From: Clostridia bacterium | GTDB taxonomy: Bacteria; Bacillota; Clostridia; UBA1212 | Assembly (NCBI GenBank): GCA_017625675.1 | Contig: JAGAKK010000026.1 | Location: forward strand, 32,469 to 96,468 | Reading direction: 5' to 3' | Length of the DNA stretch: 64,000 nucleotides | Shown: positions 22,598-31,256 of the stretch, in pieces | How positions within the stretch are numbered: the stretch's first letter is position 1 | Layout: every line of letters starts with the position of its first letter | Notes under the pieces: model-generated | What the model was told of the DNA's origin: nothing | What the model saw: only the letters and a program-made list of their open reading frames with translations | Database searches by the model: none | Made by a program: the position numbers and the translations under genes

Positions 22598-22645
22598 AGA
22601 AAAATATCCCCCGGCAACTTTTAAAACCTTGCCAAGGGGATATTG
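22598..22645 (-). terminator. intrinsic terminator after the sugar ABC ATPase gene
   Basis: Minus-strand AAUAUCCCCUUGGCAAGG-uuuuaaaag-UUGCCGGGGGAUAUUUUUCUU. Confidence 0.65.
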
Positions 22646-22669
22646 TCAACTATTATTTTTTTATTAATA

Positions 22670-23794
22670 TTACACCAGAAGATTCTTTTCTGTGTCCACG
22701 TCAAAGAAGTGCATTACCTTGCTTCCGAAGGTAACGTAGATTGTATTGCCGTGGTGAAGCGCCTTTCGCTCATCATCCTCAAGAGTAACAGTAGGAACGC
22801 GTACGATAAGCTTGTCGCCGTTTTCCGTAACGGTATGCAGGTGAAGCTCGCTTCCCATCATCTCGTTTACCTCTATTCTGCAAGCAATCGCCGCAGGGTT
22901 CTCGGAAGTTGTAAGAGTGATATGTTCAGGGCGAACACCCAGAATAATTGATTGTGAATAAACGCCTTTCTCAGCGAGCTTCTTCGCCTTTTCTCCGCTG
23001 ATTTCAACCTTCGCTCCGTAAGGTGTTACGTAATATTTTCCGTACTCGCACACAAGCTCGGTTTTAAACGTATTCATCTTAGGCGCACCGATAAACTCTG
23101 AAACAAAGAGGTTTACAGGCATATCGAAAACCTCGGTAGGAGTTCCCACCTGCTGGATAAAACCGTCCTTCATAATGACGATTCTGTCACCAAGGGTCAT
23201 TGCCTCCGTCTGGTCGTGTGTTACGTAAATGAAGGTTGTGTCAATCTTCTCACGGAGAAGAATAATCTCAGCTCTCATCTGGTTTCTGAGCTTTGCGTCA
23301 AGGTTTGACAAAGGCTCATCCATAAGGAACACTTTGCTGTCACGCACCATTGCGCGGCCTATTGCCACACGCTGTCTCTGACCGCCGGAAAGAGCACGGG
23401 GCTTTCTCATAAGGTACTCTGTAATACCCAGAATTTCTGCCGCCTTTGTAACTCTCTCGTAAACCTCCTCCTGAGGCATCTTTTTAAGACGAAGAGGAAA
23501 CGCCATGTTCTCAAACACCGTAAGGTGAGGATACAGCGCATAGTTCTGGAAAACCATTGCAATATCACGGTCACGGGGCTGAAGGTCATTTACTATCGTG
23601 CCGTCAATCTCCACAGTTCCCTCGGTAATGTCCTCAAGGCCTGCTATCATACGGAGTGTAGTTGATTTTCCGCAGCCGGAAGGGCCTACGAAAACCACAA
23701 ATTCCTTATCGGCAATATCAAGGTTGAAGTCATCTACTGCAACCACGTTTTTGCCGTATACTTTTTTTACATTAGTCAATTTTACACTAGCCAT
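22670..23794 (-). CDS. msmK: sugar ABC transporter ATP-binding protein (MsmK/MalK/UgpC type)
   Basis: 374 aa. Walker A GPSGCGKST, LSGGQRQRVA, and a C-terminal TOBE/MalK regulatory domain. Confidence 0.85.
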   Translation of the reverse strand: MASVKLTNVKKVYGKNVVAVDDFNLDIADKEFVVFVGPSGCGKSTTLRMIAGLEDITEGTVEIDGTIVNDLQPRDRDIAMVFQNYALYPHLTVFENMAFPLRLKKMPQEEVYERVTKAAEILGITEYLMRKPRALSGGQRQRVAIGRAMVRDSKVFLMDEPLSNLDAKLRNQMRAEIILLREKIDTTFIYVTHDQTEAMTLGDRIVIMKDGFIQQVGTPTEVFDMPVNLFVSEFIGAPKMNTFKTELVCEYGKYYVTPYGAKVEISGEKAKKLAEKGVYSQSIILGVRPEHITLTTSENPAAIACRIEVNEMMGSELHLHTVTENGDKLIVRVPTVTLEDDERKALHHGNTIYVTFGSKVMHFFDVDTEKNLLV

Positions 23795-23804
23795 AATATT
23801 CTCC

Positions 23805-24692
23805 TTATCCCTTTACTGCTCCGCCTGTTACACCCTCAACGTAATACTTCTGCAAGAGAAGGAATACTGTTGTAACCGGTATTGCCACCACAACGCCTGC
23901 AGCACAGAACATTGTATAATTCGTATTTACCATCGTCTTGGAAAGCCATTCAAACATACCCACAGCAACGCTCATACCCTGACTGTTCTCATGGATGAGG
24001 TAGCTTGCCAGCATGAAGTCGCCCCAGGGCGCCATAAATCCCATAAGGATTGTATAAATAACGATAGGCTTAGAAAGCGGTAATATCACCTTGTAGAACA
24101 CCTGCAAGCGAGTTGCACCGTCAACTCTTGCCGCCTCGTCAAGGCTCTTCGGTATTGTATCAAAAAAACCTTTGGAAACGTAGTAGCCCATACCGCTGCT
24201 TGCACAGTACACGATAATGAGACCCAAGGGCGCCATCTGCTCAATAAGATGAAAATCCGAGAAAACCTTGTATATCAATATCATGGTAAGAAATCCGGGG
24301 AACATTCCCAGAACCAGCATTGCGTTCATAAGGAACTTTCTGCCCTTAAATCTCAGTCTTGATAGACCGTAGCTCATTGCAAGCACGAACACCGTCTGCA
24401 AAACTGCAGTACATACACCCATGATACCGGTATTTACAAACCATCTTAAAAAGTCTGTTTCTTTAAAAAGTCTTATATAGTTGTCGAAGCCGAACTTGTG
24501 AGGCCAGAGGTAGCTTACCTGCATTGGCGTTTCAACACGGAAGGATTCCAGAACAATTCCGAAGAAAGGAAACAGCCATATAAGTGTAATGATCACAAGG
24601 CCGATATAAACCGCTGTGTTGCCGATTCCCCTGCCGGCCTTAACACCAAGGCCTTTTTTTCTGATTTTGTTATCTGTAGCTTTTTTCATCAC
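23805..24692 (-). CDS. carbohydrate ABC transporter permease (MalG-like)
   Basis: 295 aa, 6 TM, EAA motif region, 4-nt overlap with the upstream permease. Confidence 0.8.
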   Translation of the reverse strand: MMKKATDNKIRKKGLGVKAGRGIGNTAVYIGLVIITLIWLFPFFGIVLESFRVETPMQVSYLWPHKFGFDNYIRLFKETDFLRWFVNTGIMGVCTAVLQTVFVLAMSYGLSRLRFKGRKFLMNAMLVLGMFPGFLTMILIYKVFSDFHLIEQMAPLGLIIVYCASSGMGYYVSKGFFDTIPKSLDEAARVDGATRLQVFYKVILPLSKPIVIYTILMGFMAPWGDFMLASYLIHENSQGMSVAVGMFEWLSKTMVNTNYTMFCAAGVVVAIPVTTVFLLLQKYYVEGVTGGAVKG

Positions 24693-26260
24693 TTGTAATC
24701 CTCCTCATTTCTTGTAGACGGAATTACGTTGTAAACGATCAAGGACAATACAGCCACCACAACGAATACCAGAATACCGATTACCGACGCCAGATTGTAC
24801 TTTGTCTCCGCACTGTTAAGGGTCATCTTGTACAGCCAGGTTATCAGAAGGTCCGTGTGACAAACCGATACGCCGCCGGCAGTACCTATTTCGGTATTTA
24901 TCAACTGGTTGTTCTGGGTCAGCAAGTAAATAACGTTAAAGTTATTGAGATTGTTTACAAAGCTGGTGAGAAGATAAGGTCCCATAACGAACATCATATA
25001 AGGAAGTGTTATCTTCGTATATTGCTGGAAATTATTTGCTCCGTCAATCCTTGACGATTCGTAAAGATCCTGAGGAATATTCATGAGAATACCCGTTGCC
25101 ATAAGCATAATATAAGGAATACCTACCCAGATATTAATTATGATAACCAATATTTTCGCCGATACAGGATTCAGCCACAAGCTCAGCTGATTTGCCGCAA
25201 TCATTGAATCGGGAAGAAGATTCCAGTTGAGAAGCAGTTTTCCTATAATACCTGTAGCATCAAAAAGCTTTGCCACGTAAAGAAGGGATACAAACTGAGG
25301 AATAGCAATGGTCATTACCAATACCGTTCTCCAGAATTTCTTTATTTTAATACCCTTTTTGTTTATCATAATTGCAACGAACATACCAAGGAAGTAGTTT
25401 GTAAACGTTGCAAAAAATGCCCACATCAACGTCCATGCAAGTATCTCCCCGAAGGCAAGTCCAAGACCGCCGTATCCGAAGTTCAGAAGCTCATTGAAAT
25501 TGTCTAAACCAACCCAGGTAAACAGGTTTGCATATCCGTTGTGCGCCGCATCATAGCTTGTAAAAGCAATTAAAATCATATATATGATAGGCAACACCGT
25601 AAACGCTGCAATACCAAAAACAGGAAGCGCCAACAAAGACTTATGAAACTCGTCATCAACCAAAGATTTCAGATCCTGCTTTCCGCTTTTTACTTTTTTA
25701 CCCTTTGCGGTAATATCCATACAGATACGACACTGCTTCACCTGAAGTCGCCAGGTGTAGATAAATGCCACGATAAAAATCACAGTCAGCAATGCGTATA
25801 AAAGCACCTTAACAGAGTCGTCGCCGTTAACCCATACGTCTGTGTCATAAAGCTCATTATAAACGTATCCGCCCTGCACGTTACCAACTGTATTTCCCGT
25901 TTGGAAGAAGTTAGCCTTTGACAGCCAATAAATACCGCCGCTGGGTACAAACATATACGCAAAAAATATTATTTCAAATACGAGAAACAGAATTCCTCGT
26001 AATATTTGTCCATAGAAAAAATTACCAAAGCCAAATATAAAAAATGATAACTTAACTGCCCAATTTCCTTTGGTAAAGGTAGTACCGATATCTACAAACT
26101 CGTTCTTTATTCCCAGACCGCAGTTCTTAAAAAATTCAACTATTTTCAGGCCCGCTTTTTTCAGCCACATGGGAATAGAGCAGAAGAACAACTTAAGATT
26201 GTAGAGAAAAGCTTGAAACTTATTTAATTTTAAATAATCTAAATCGTTTAATTTTTTCAT
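24689..26260 (-). CDS. carbohydrate ABC transporter permease (MalF-like, long N-terminal extension)
   Basis: 523 aa with multiple TM helices and a large extracytoplasmic insertion, typical of MalF-type permeases. Confidence 0.8.
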   Translation of the reverse strand: MKKLNDLDYLKLNKFQAFLYNLKLFFCSIPMWLKKAGLKIVEFFKNCGLGIKNEFVDIGTTFTKGNWAVKLSFFIFGFGNFFYGQILRGILFLVFEIIFFAYMFVPSGGIYWLSKANFFQTGNTVGNVQGGYVYNELYDTDVWVNGDDSVKVLLYALLTVIFIVAFIYTWRLQVKQCRICMDITAKGKKVKSGKQDLKSLVDDEFHKSLLALPVFGIAAFTVLPIIYMILIAFTSYDAAHNGYANLFTWVGLDNFNELLNFGYGGLGLAFGEILAWTLMWAFFATFTNYFLGMFVAIMINKKGIKIKKFWRTVLVMTIAIPQFVSLLYVAKLFDATGIIGKLLLNWNLLPDSMIAANQLSLWLNPVSAKILVIIINIWVGIPYIMLMATGILMNIPQDLYESSRIDGANNFQQYTKITLPYMMFVMGPYLLTSFVNNLNNFNVIYLLTQNNQLINTEIGTAGGVSVCHTDLLITWLYKMTLNSAETKYNLASVIGILVFVVVAVLSLIVYNVIPSTRNEEDYK

Positions 26261-26429
26261 AATCTTAATTCCCTCGGTTTATTGAAAAACTATAATAATA
26301 AACAATAAGGCATTGTCCTCGGTACATAAGACCACTGTTGTCCTTGTATTCCGGTGAGCAATGCCTTTCAAAGTCCGGGCGCCGGGGGAGCCTTACGGCC
26401 CCTCCCACCCGGCAATTAATTATTAATTA

Positions 26430-27974
26430 TTAACCTTCAACGGGAATTAAAGTAACAGTACCGGTCTCGGCACCGTCCCATACAAGCTGAACCTTATATG
26501 TGCCGTCTTTCTCAACAACGAAGTTTGCTCCACCAGGGCCATCAACGCCGAAGTTAACGTCCCAGGATGCGCCCTGACGAACCTTGAATTCCTCTCCTGC
26601 CTTAAGTTCAAGAGCTTCGGAGGTATAAGTACCTGCAGGGTCCTCTGTCATTGCATAGTCTGTATCCCAGTTTGTTCCGCAGATGCCGCCGATAACGCTC
26701 CAAGCGTTCTTCTGCTCGTCTGTCATAGTGAACAATGCATCGATAGCTTTCTTGTAGTCATCAAGTGCAGACTGGAGATCAGCCTCGGATGTAGCAGCCT
26801 TAGCCTCTGCGCCGAGAACCTTTGCAATATCCCACCATGAACCGTGGATCTGGCCCTGGAGAACACCATACTCATTCTGCTTAGCAAGAGCTGCGAGAGA
26901 AATATTGGACTTAACCTTATCGGAAGCCTGAGCTGCCTTGTTAGAGGGACCCCACTGGAACTGCTCATATCTCTCAAGCTGGCAAGCCTCGCCTGTCAGG
27001 TACTGAGCGAGCTGTGAAAGAACTGCTGCTCTCTTAGCATCTGTCTGGGGCTTAACACCCATGAGCTTGTTACCTGTGTAAGAACCGAGGTGGTAAGAAG
27101 TACCGTCTACCTCGAAAGAAGGAAGGTCTGTAGCGCCGAGGTTCTCACCGAAGTGCTCGCCTGCAGCATTTGCAGCCCAGATACCTGTGATAACAACACC
27201 TGCATCTGTGAAGATGTCAGCATTGCTGTCGTAGCAAGGAGACTGAGCAAGCTTCTGCATACCCTTCATAGCAGCCAATCCCTTATCAGAATTGAAAGTA
27301 TCATTTACTGCATTGAACTTACCTTCTGCATCCATAGTCCATGTAGACTCACAGCCTGTAGCGAAGAAGAAGGAAGCTGTATACCAAGAGTTCTCAAGAG
27401 CGTAACGGAACTTAACGTTGTTCTTCTCACAAGCAGCGATAATCTTCTCAAGGCTCTCTGCGTCCTCTTCGGAGATGATGCTCTTGTCATAGTACATATA
27501 GTAACCGTTGTCACTTGTCAAAGGATAAGCAGACAATTTTCCTGCAACAGTAGCAGCAGCAATTGAAAATGCGTCATTGTTTGCCTTAATAGTCTCAGCA
27601 GCCTTTGTTCCGGGAACTGCAAGAGCCTTAGCCTCAACAAGACGAGCAAGCTGGTCCTGTGCGAAGCAGTAGATATCAGGAGCTGTAGCAACGTCCTGGA
27701 TTACCTTAGAAGCTGCATCGCCCTCTGTAACACCCTCAATAGAAGCATTGATTACAATGCCGGGGTTAGCCTTTTCGAAAGCATCAATCTGCTTCTCAAA
27801 CAAAGCTGCAACACCGTCTATCTCGGAAACCCACAATTTAATGTCGTATGTGCCGGAAAGATCGACACCTGTGTCTTTGTCTGTATCAGGCTTCTTCTCT
27901 TCGCCGCAACCTGCAAAGCAAGCTACTACCATCAAAGCAGCCAGAACAACAGACAAGATTTTACGTATTTTCAT
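26430..27974 (-). CDS. extracellular sugar-binding lipoprotein (ABC family-1 SBP) with C-terminal beta-sandwich/CBM-like extension
   Basis: About 514 aa with a lipobox (VACFAGCGEE). The likely start is an ATG with an AAGGAGG RBS, 2 codons inside the ORF-track ORF. There are about 85 extra C-terminal residues (NWDTDYAM…FKVRQGASWDVNFG…YKVQLVWD). Confidence 0.8.
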   Translation of the reverse strand: MKIRKILSVVLAALMVVACFAGCGEEKKPDTDKDTGVDLSGTYDIKLWVSEIDGVAALFEKQIDAFEKANPGIVINASIEGVTEGDAASKVIQDVATAPDIYCFAQDQLARLVEAKALAVPGTKAAETIKANNDAFSIAAATVAGKLSAYPLTSDNGYYMYYDKSIISEEDAESLEKIIAACEKNNVKFRYALENSWYTASFFFATGCESTWTMDAEGKFNAVNDTFNSDKGLAAMKGMQKLAQSPCYDSNADIFTDAGVVITGIWAANAAGEHFGENLGATDLPSFEVDGTSYHLGSYTGNKLMGVKPQTDAKRAAVLSQLAQYLTGEACQLERYEQFQWGPSNKAAQASDKVKSNISLAALAKQNEYGVLQGQIHGSWWDIAKVLGAEAKAATSEADLQSALDDYKKAIDALFTMTDEQKNAWSVIGGICGTNWDTDYAMTEDPAGTYTSEALELKAGEEFKVRQGASWDVNFGVDGPGGANFVVEKDGTYKVQLVWDGAETGTVTLIPVEG

Positions 27975-28083
27975 ACTCAAATCCTCCTTAAAAAATTATT
28001 TTATTAAACGCCCTGAAGACGTCTTAACCAATACTTATATTATAAAATACAAAAAATAGTTTGTCAACCATCAGGTTGTTTTT

Positions 28084-29193
28084 TCATCTTTTTGTAACAG
28101 AAAATTCATCAAAGCCGGGAAGTTTTCTTCCCTTGTAATCAAAAAGACACTGGTTCGCCCACTCATTGGCGGTGGACTTGCCCTCTTCGTGAATATACGC
28201 CTGACCTGCCTCAGAAGCCCAGCAGATGCCCTCCCCCGGAATCCACAACGGCTCCCAGTAGAAAACGCCGTCAATACGGTTTTCGCAGGCTTTGGCAAGA
28301 AACTCTTTTATAAACCCTGCCTGCCCCTCCGGCGTCATAGGATATTTTTCAGTAATTCCGGGAACATAGGCCCTTTCCTTGTCAATCACAAGCCTTTTTG
28401 CCTCTCCGCCCTGAACGTAGGCATCAGTAGTAAACCCATAGCCCAGCTCCATTACCATAAGCTTCTTCCCGAACACTCTGCAGCCGTTAAGATTTTCAAA
28501 AAGTTCATCAAAGGTTCCGTGCCAATAAGGGTAATACGATGCGCCGATAATATCATAATCAATATTATACTCCTTCATCTTTCCGAAAAACTCCTGATAC
28601 ACTGCCTTGTCATTACTTCTTTCAAGGTGAAGTATTATCTGAGCCTCAGGAACTACTTCCCTGCAAGCCCTGCACCCTGCGTCAATAAGTCTGCACAGGT
28701 TTTCGTAGTTTCCCCTTGCTCCATTTCCCTCCTGAAGCTTTCCTACAGGCCAGAGCATTCCGTTTGTGATTTCATTGCCCACCTGCACAAGCTTTGGAGC
28801 AACACCCTCATTAACGGCAGTAATCAGGGTCTTTTTAGTAAACTCATAAACTGCGGCCACCATTTCTTCTATATTGAAATCTCTCCACGCCTTGGGAATC
28901 ATCTGCTTCCCCGGATCTGCCCAGAAATCGCTGTAGTGAAAATCAAGAAGCAGACCGTAGCCCTTGCTCTTTGCAAGTCTTCCCAGTTCAATATAGTTAT
29001 CAATTCCGCAATTTCCCGCAAGATAAGGCTCCCCCTTTTCGCTGAAGGGGTCATTCCACACACGGATTCGCATACAATCAACGCCGTTTTTGTAAAAATC
29101 ATCAAGAGGATCCGTCACAACGTCTCCGTCATAATATACAGCGCCATGCTGAAGCTCCTCAAGATACGTGGATACGTCAACTCCTAGAATCAT
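28084..29193 (-). CDS. arabinogalactan endo-beta-1,4-galactanase, GH53, cytoplasmic (no signal peptide)
   Basis: 369 aa. GH53 blocks (MRIRVWNDP, LLDFHYSDFWADPGKQ.IPKAW, QVGNEITNG) and catalytic Glu context. Confidence 0.85.
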   Translation of the reverse strand: MILGVDVSTYLEELQHGAVYYDGDVVTDPLDDFYKNGVDCMRIRVWNDPFSEKGEPYLAGNCGIDNYIELGRLAKSKGYGLLLDFHYSDFWADPGKQMIPKAWRDFNIEEMVAAVYEFTKKTLITAVNEGVAPKLVQVGNEITNGMLWPVGKLQEGNGARGNYENLCRLIDAGCRACREVVPEAQIILHLERSNDKAVYQEFFGKMKEYNIDYDIIGASYYPYWHGTFDELFENLNGCRVFGKKLMVMELGYGFTTDAYVQGGEAKRLVIDKERAYVPGITEKYPMTPEGQAGFIKEFLAKACENRIDGVFYWEPLWIPGEGICWASEAGQAYIHEEGKSTANEWANQCLFDYKGRKLPGFDEFSVTKR

Positions 29194-29450
29194 TGTGTGC
29201 CTCCCTTGTGTTCTTCAAACTTCACCGGCTCATTGTCCTCTCCGAAATCCACCACGCGCATACGCATTGCCCTGTAACGGTAACGGGCCGCCTCATTGAG
29301 CCTCAGCACGTCAGCTTCGCTGCCTGTAAAACTGCAACGCAGACAATAATACTCCTTCTTCCCTTCATCATAAAACATATCAATGTCAATGTCCCTCATA
29401 AAGCAGGAAGGACAACGGAAATTTAATTTGCCTTTTGTAGCCTGAGCCAT
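29190..29450 (-). CDS. small zinc-ribbon protein, unknown function
   Basis: 86 aa with two CxxC pairs (CPSC…CLRC). 4-nt overlap with GH53 downstream and 28-nt overlap with the upstream gene. Confidence 0.5.
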   Translation of the reverse strand: MAQATKGKLNFRCPSCFMRDIDIDMFYDEGKKEYYCLRCSFTGSEADVLRLNEAARYRYRAMRMRVVDFGEDNEPVKFEEHKGGTQ

Positions 29451-31228
29451 GTCTTAACCACTCCTTTGCTGATAGTTTTATAAAGTCTGAGATGATACAC
29501 AGGAGAAAAAGCAATGCCCTCTTCTGCCGCAGCAATGTCGTTGTCGCCGCCCATTACCACCTTAGTATGCACCTCCGGAATATTAACGTATACCGAGCCA
29601 GCCTTCTCTTTCTGAACTTTTCTTCCCAGATAGGAATAATTCATATTTTCGTCGTCCGCGCCAAGGGTCAGATCACTCATATCCGCCTGATATTCCGTAG
29701 TTCCGAAGCCTCCTGTAAAGTACTCTTCAAAGGTCACCTCTCCGCCAGACGGGCCTTTTACCAATTCCCTTTCCGTAATTACAGTTCCGTCACCTTCAAG
29801 GAAAGTAAACGAAGACCTTATCACAAGCTCCTCGCCCCCTAAATTCACGGTAACGGGGTCAGCAGTGATTCTCACACCCTCCTCCGTCTTTTCGTATGTT
29901 GCCATAGTTCTGCAGAGACAAAGGTCTGCGCTTTCGCCCTTGTAATGCACCTTGCAGGACTTTACCGTTCCCGCCCCTGCGTAGTGTGTAAAGAAGCCTG
30001 CGCGGTAATTTATTTGTATAAGGTACGGATAGGATGCATCATAGACGTTTTCCGTGCCGATACCCGTCTCCTGAGGTATCCTTGCAGCATAAGGGCGAAG
30101 GTCTATCATTGCACCACCCTGATTAAAGTCAAGACAGGTTCTCATAGAGGGGTCTGCATACCAGAAATATTGCTTGTTGCTTCCGTACAGTATATCCTTC
30201 CACAGCGCGCATTCGCCCCGATTATAATCCTTATGGGTTTCACGGTAATAATCTGCAAATTCACTCATCGTCATATCAGAAAGCTTGCCCTCCGCTTTGA
30301 GCTTTCCGTAGTATTTCATACCGTCATCATAAGACTTTGCCAGAAGCTCGTAGGGCGCCTCCCAACGGCCTCTGCGGTTCAGCCAGCCCGGTCCTACAAA
30401 CATCATATTGTAGCTGTAGCCGTCATTATATTTTGCAAGGTGGCGGTACTGGTCAATGAGATTATACAGGTACGGATACTCATACTCTCCGTCATCATTG
30501 TAATATATCATGCCTCTCAGAACGTTCTGAGGGTGTGTTCCGAAGTTGGAGCCGTTGCCGTCAAAGCAAGCCATAAGGTCACGGGAAAGGTGCGGTATTG
30601 CAACGATTCCCGAATCGTCCTCAGCGCAGGACGCAGGGCAATGCGAATTGATTTTTGAAGGTATCCAGGGGTTCCACGGGCCTCCGTCCATAAACGTATA
30701 CCAGGAGTTGTTACAAGTGTGATATGCCTTGGGACCCTCCTCCCAGCAGGTTGCCACGGCGCACTTTACAGAAGGGTAATTTTTCTTTATATAGTTTATG
30801 GTGTAGGCATCGAGAAAATAACTGCTTGTGGATTCAGGATAAAATCCGAACTTTTCGTAAAACTTGCCGAAAACGTCGTCAATTATCTCCTCTTTCGTCT
30901 TCTCGTCAAACATCCATATACAAAAGTCCTCGGTCTTATATTTTTCCTTGAACTCAGGGCAAGGAAGTCCCAGCAGAGAAAGTCCTATCTCATCTCCGTA
31001 CTTTTCATTGTCCTCCTTTGCCATCTTTATTATGGTGTCAGAAAACAAAGATGCATAAGTTATCTGAATAGTTGTTTTCAGCCCGTATTTGTGGGCGCAA
31101 TCCTGCTGAAATCTGAAAATATCCAGAGATTCGTCACGCACGTTTTCGCCCTTGCCCATAGTCTTTTCCGCATATTCCGGTGAAAGCTCAGGGCGGTGAA
31201 TAATATTAACAGCAAATTTATTTCCCAT
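29423..31228 (-). CDS. uncharacterised 601-aa cytoplasmic protein embedded in glycan-utilisation operon (candidate novel carbohydrate-active enzyme)
   Basis: Long ORF with no signal peptide and no recognisable GH2/35/42/13 motifs. Cys-rich region (CWEEGPKAYHTCNNSW…HCPASC). Operonic with the sugar ABC transporter and GH53. Confidence 0.6.
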   Translation of the reverse strand: MGNKFAVNIIHRPELSPEYAEKTMGKGENVRDESLDIFRFQQDCAHKYGLKTTIQITYASLFSDTIIKMAKEDNEKYGDEIGLSLLGLPCPEFKEKYKTEDFCIWMFDEKTKEEIIDDVFGKFYEKFGFYPESTSSYFLDAYTINYIKKNYPSVKCAVATCWEEGPKAYHTCNNSWYTFMDGGPWNPWIPSKINSHCPASCAEDDSGIVAIPHLSRDLMACFDGNGSNFGTHPQNVLRGMIYYNDDGEYEYPYLYNLIDQYRHLAKYNDGYSYNMMFVGPGWLNRRGRWEAPYELLAKSYDDGMKYYGKLKAEGKLSDMTMSEFADYYRETHKDYNRGECALWKDILYGSNKQYFWYADPSMRTCLDFNQGGAMIDLRPYAARIPQETGIGTENVYDASYPYLIQINYRAGFFTHYAGAGTVKSCKVHYKGESADLCLCRTMATYEKTEEGVRITADPVTVNLGGEELVIRSSFTFLEGDGTVITERELVKGPSGGEVTFEEYFTGGFGTTEYQADMSDLTLGADDENMNYSYLGRKVQKEKAGSVYVNIPEVHTKVVMGGDNDIAAAEEGIAFSPVYHLRLYKTISKGVVKTWLRLQKAN

Positions 31229-31256
31229 GTCAATTTCTCTCCTACAAGTTTTGTGG

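Noticed and set aside
26330-26400. GC-rich imperfect stem-loop (CCGGGTGGGAGGGGCCGTAAGGCTCCCCCGGCG) after the sugar-binding lipoprotein gene as a terminator
   Set aside because: The stem is imperfect and there is no U-tract on either strand. It may still be a stabilising 3' hairpin but was not called as a terminator.
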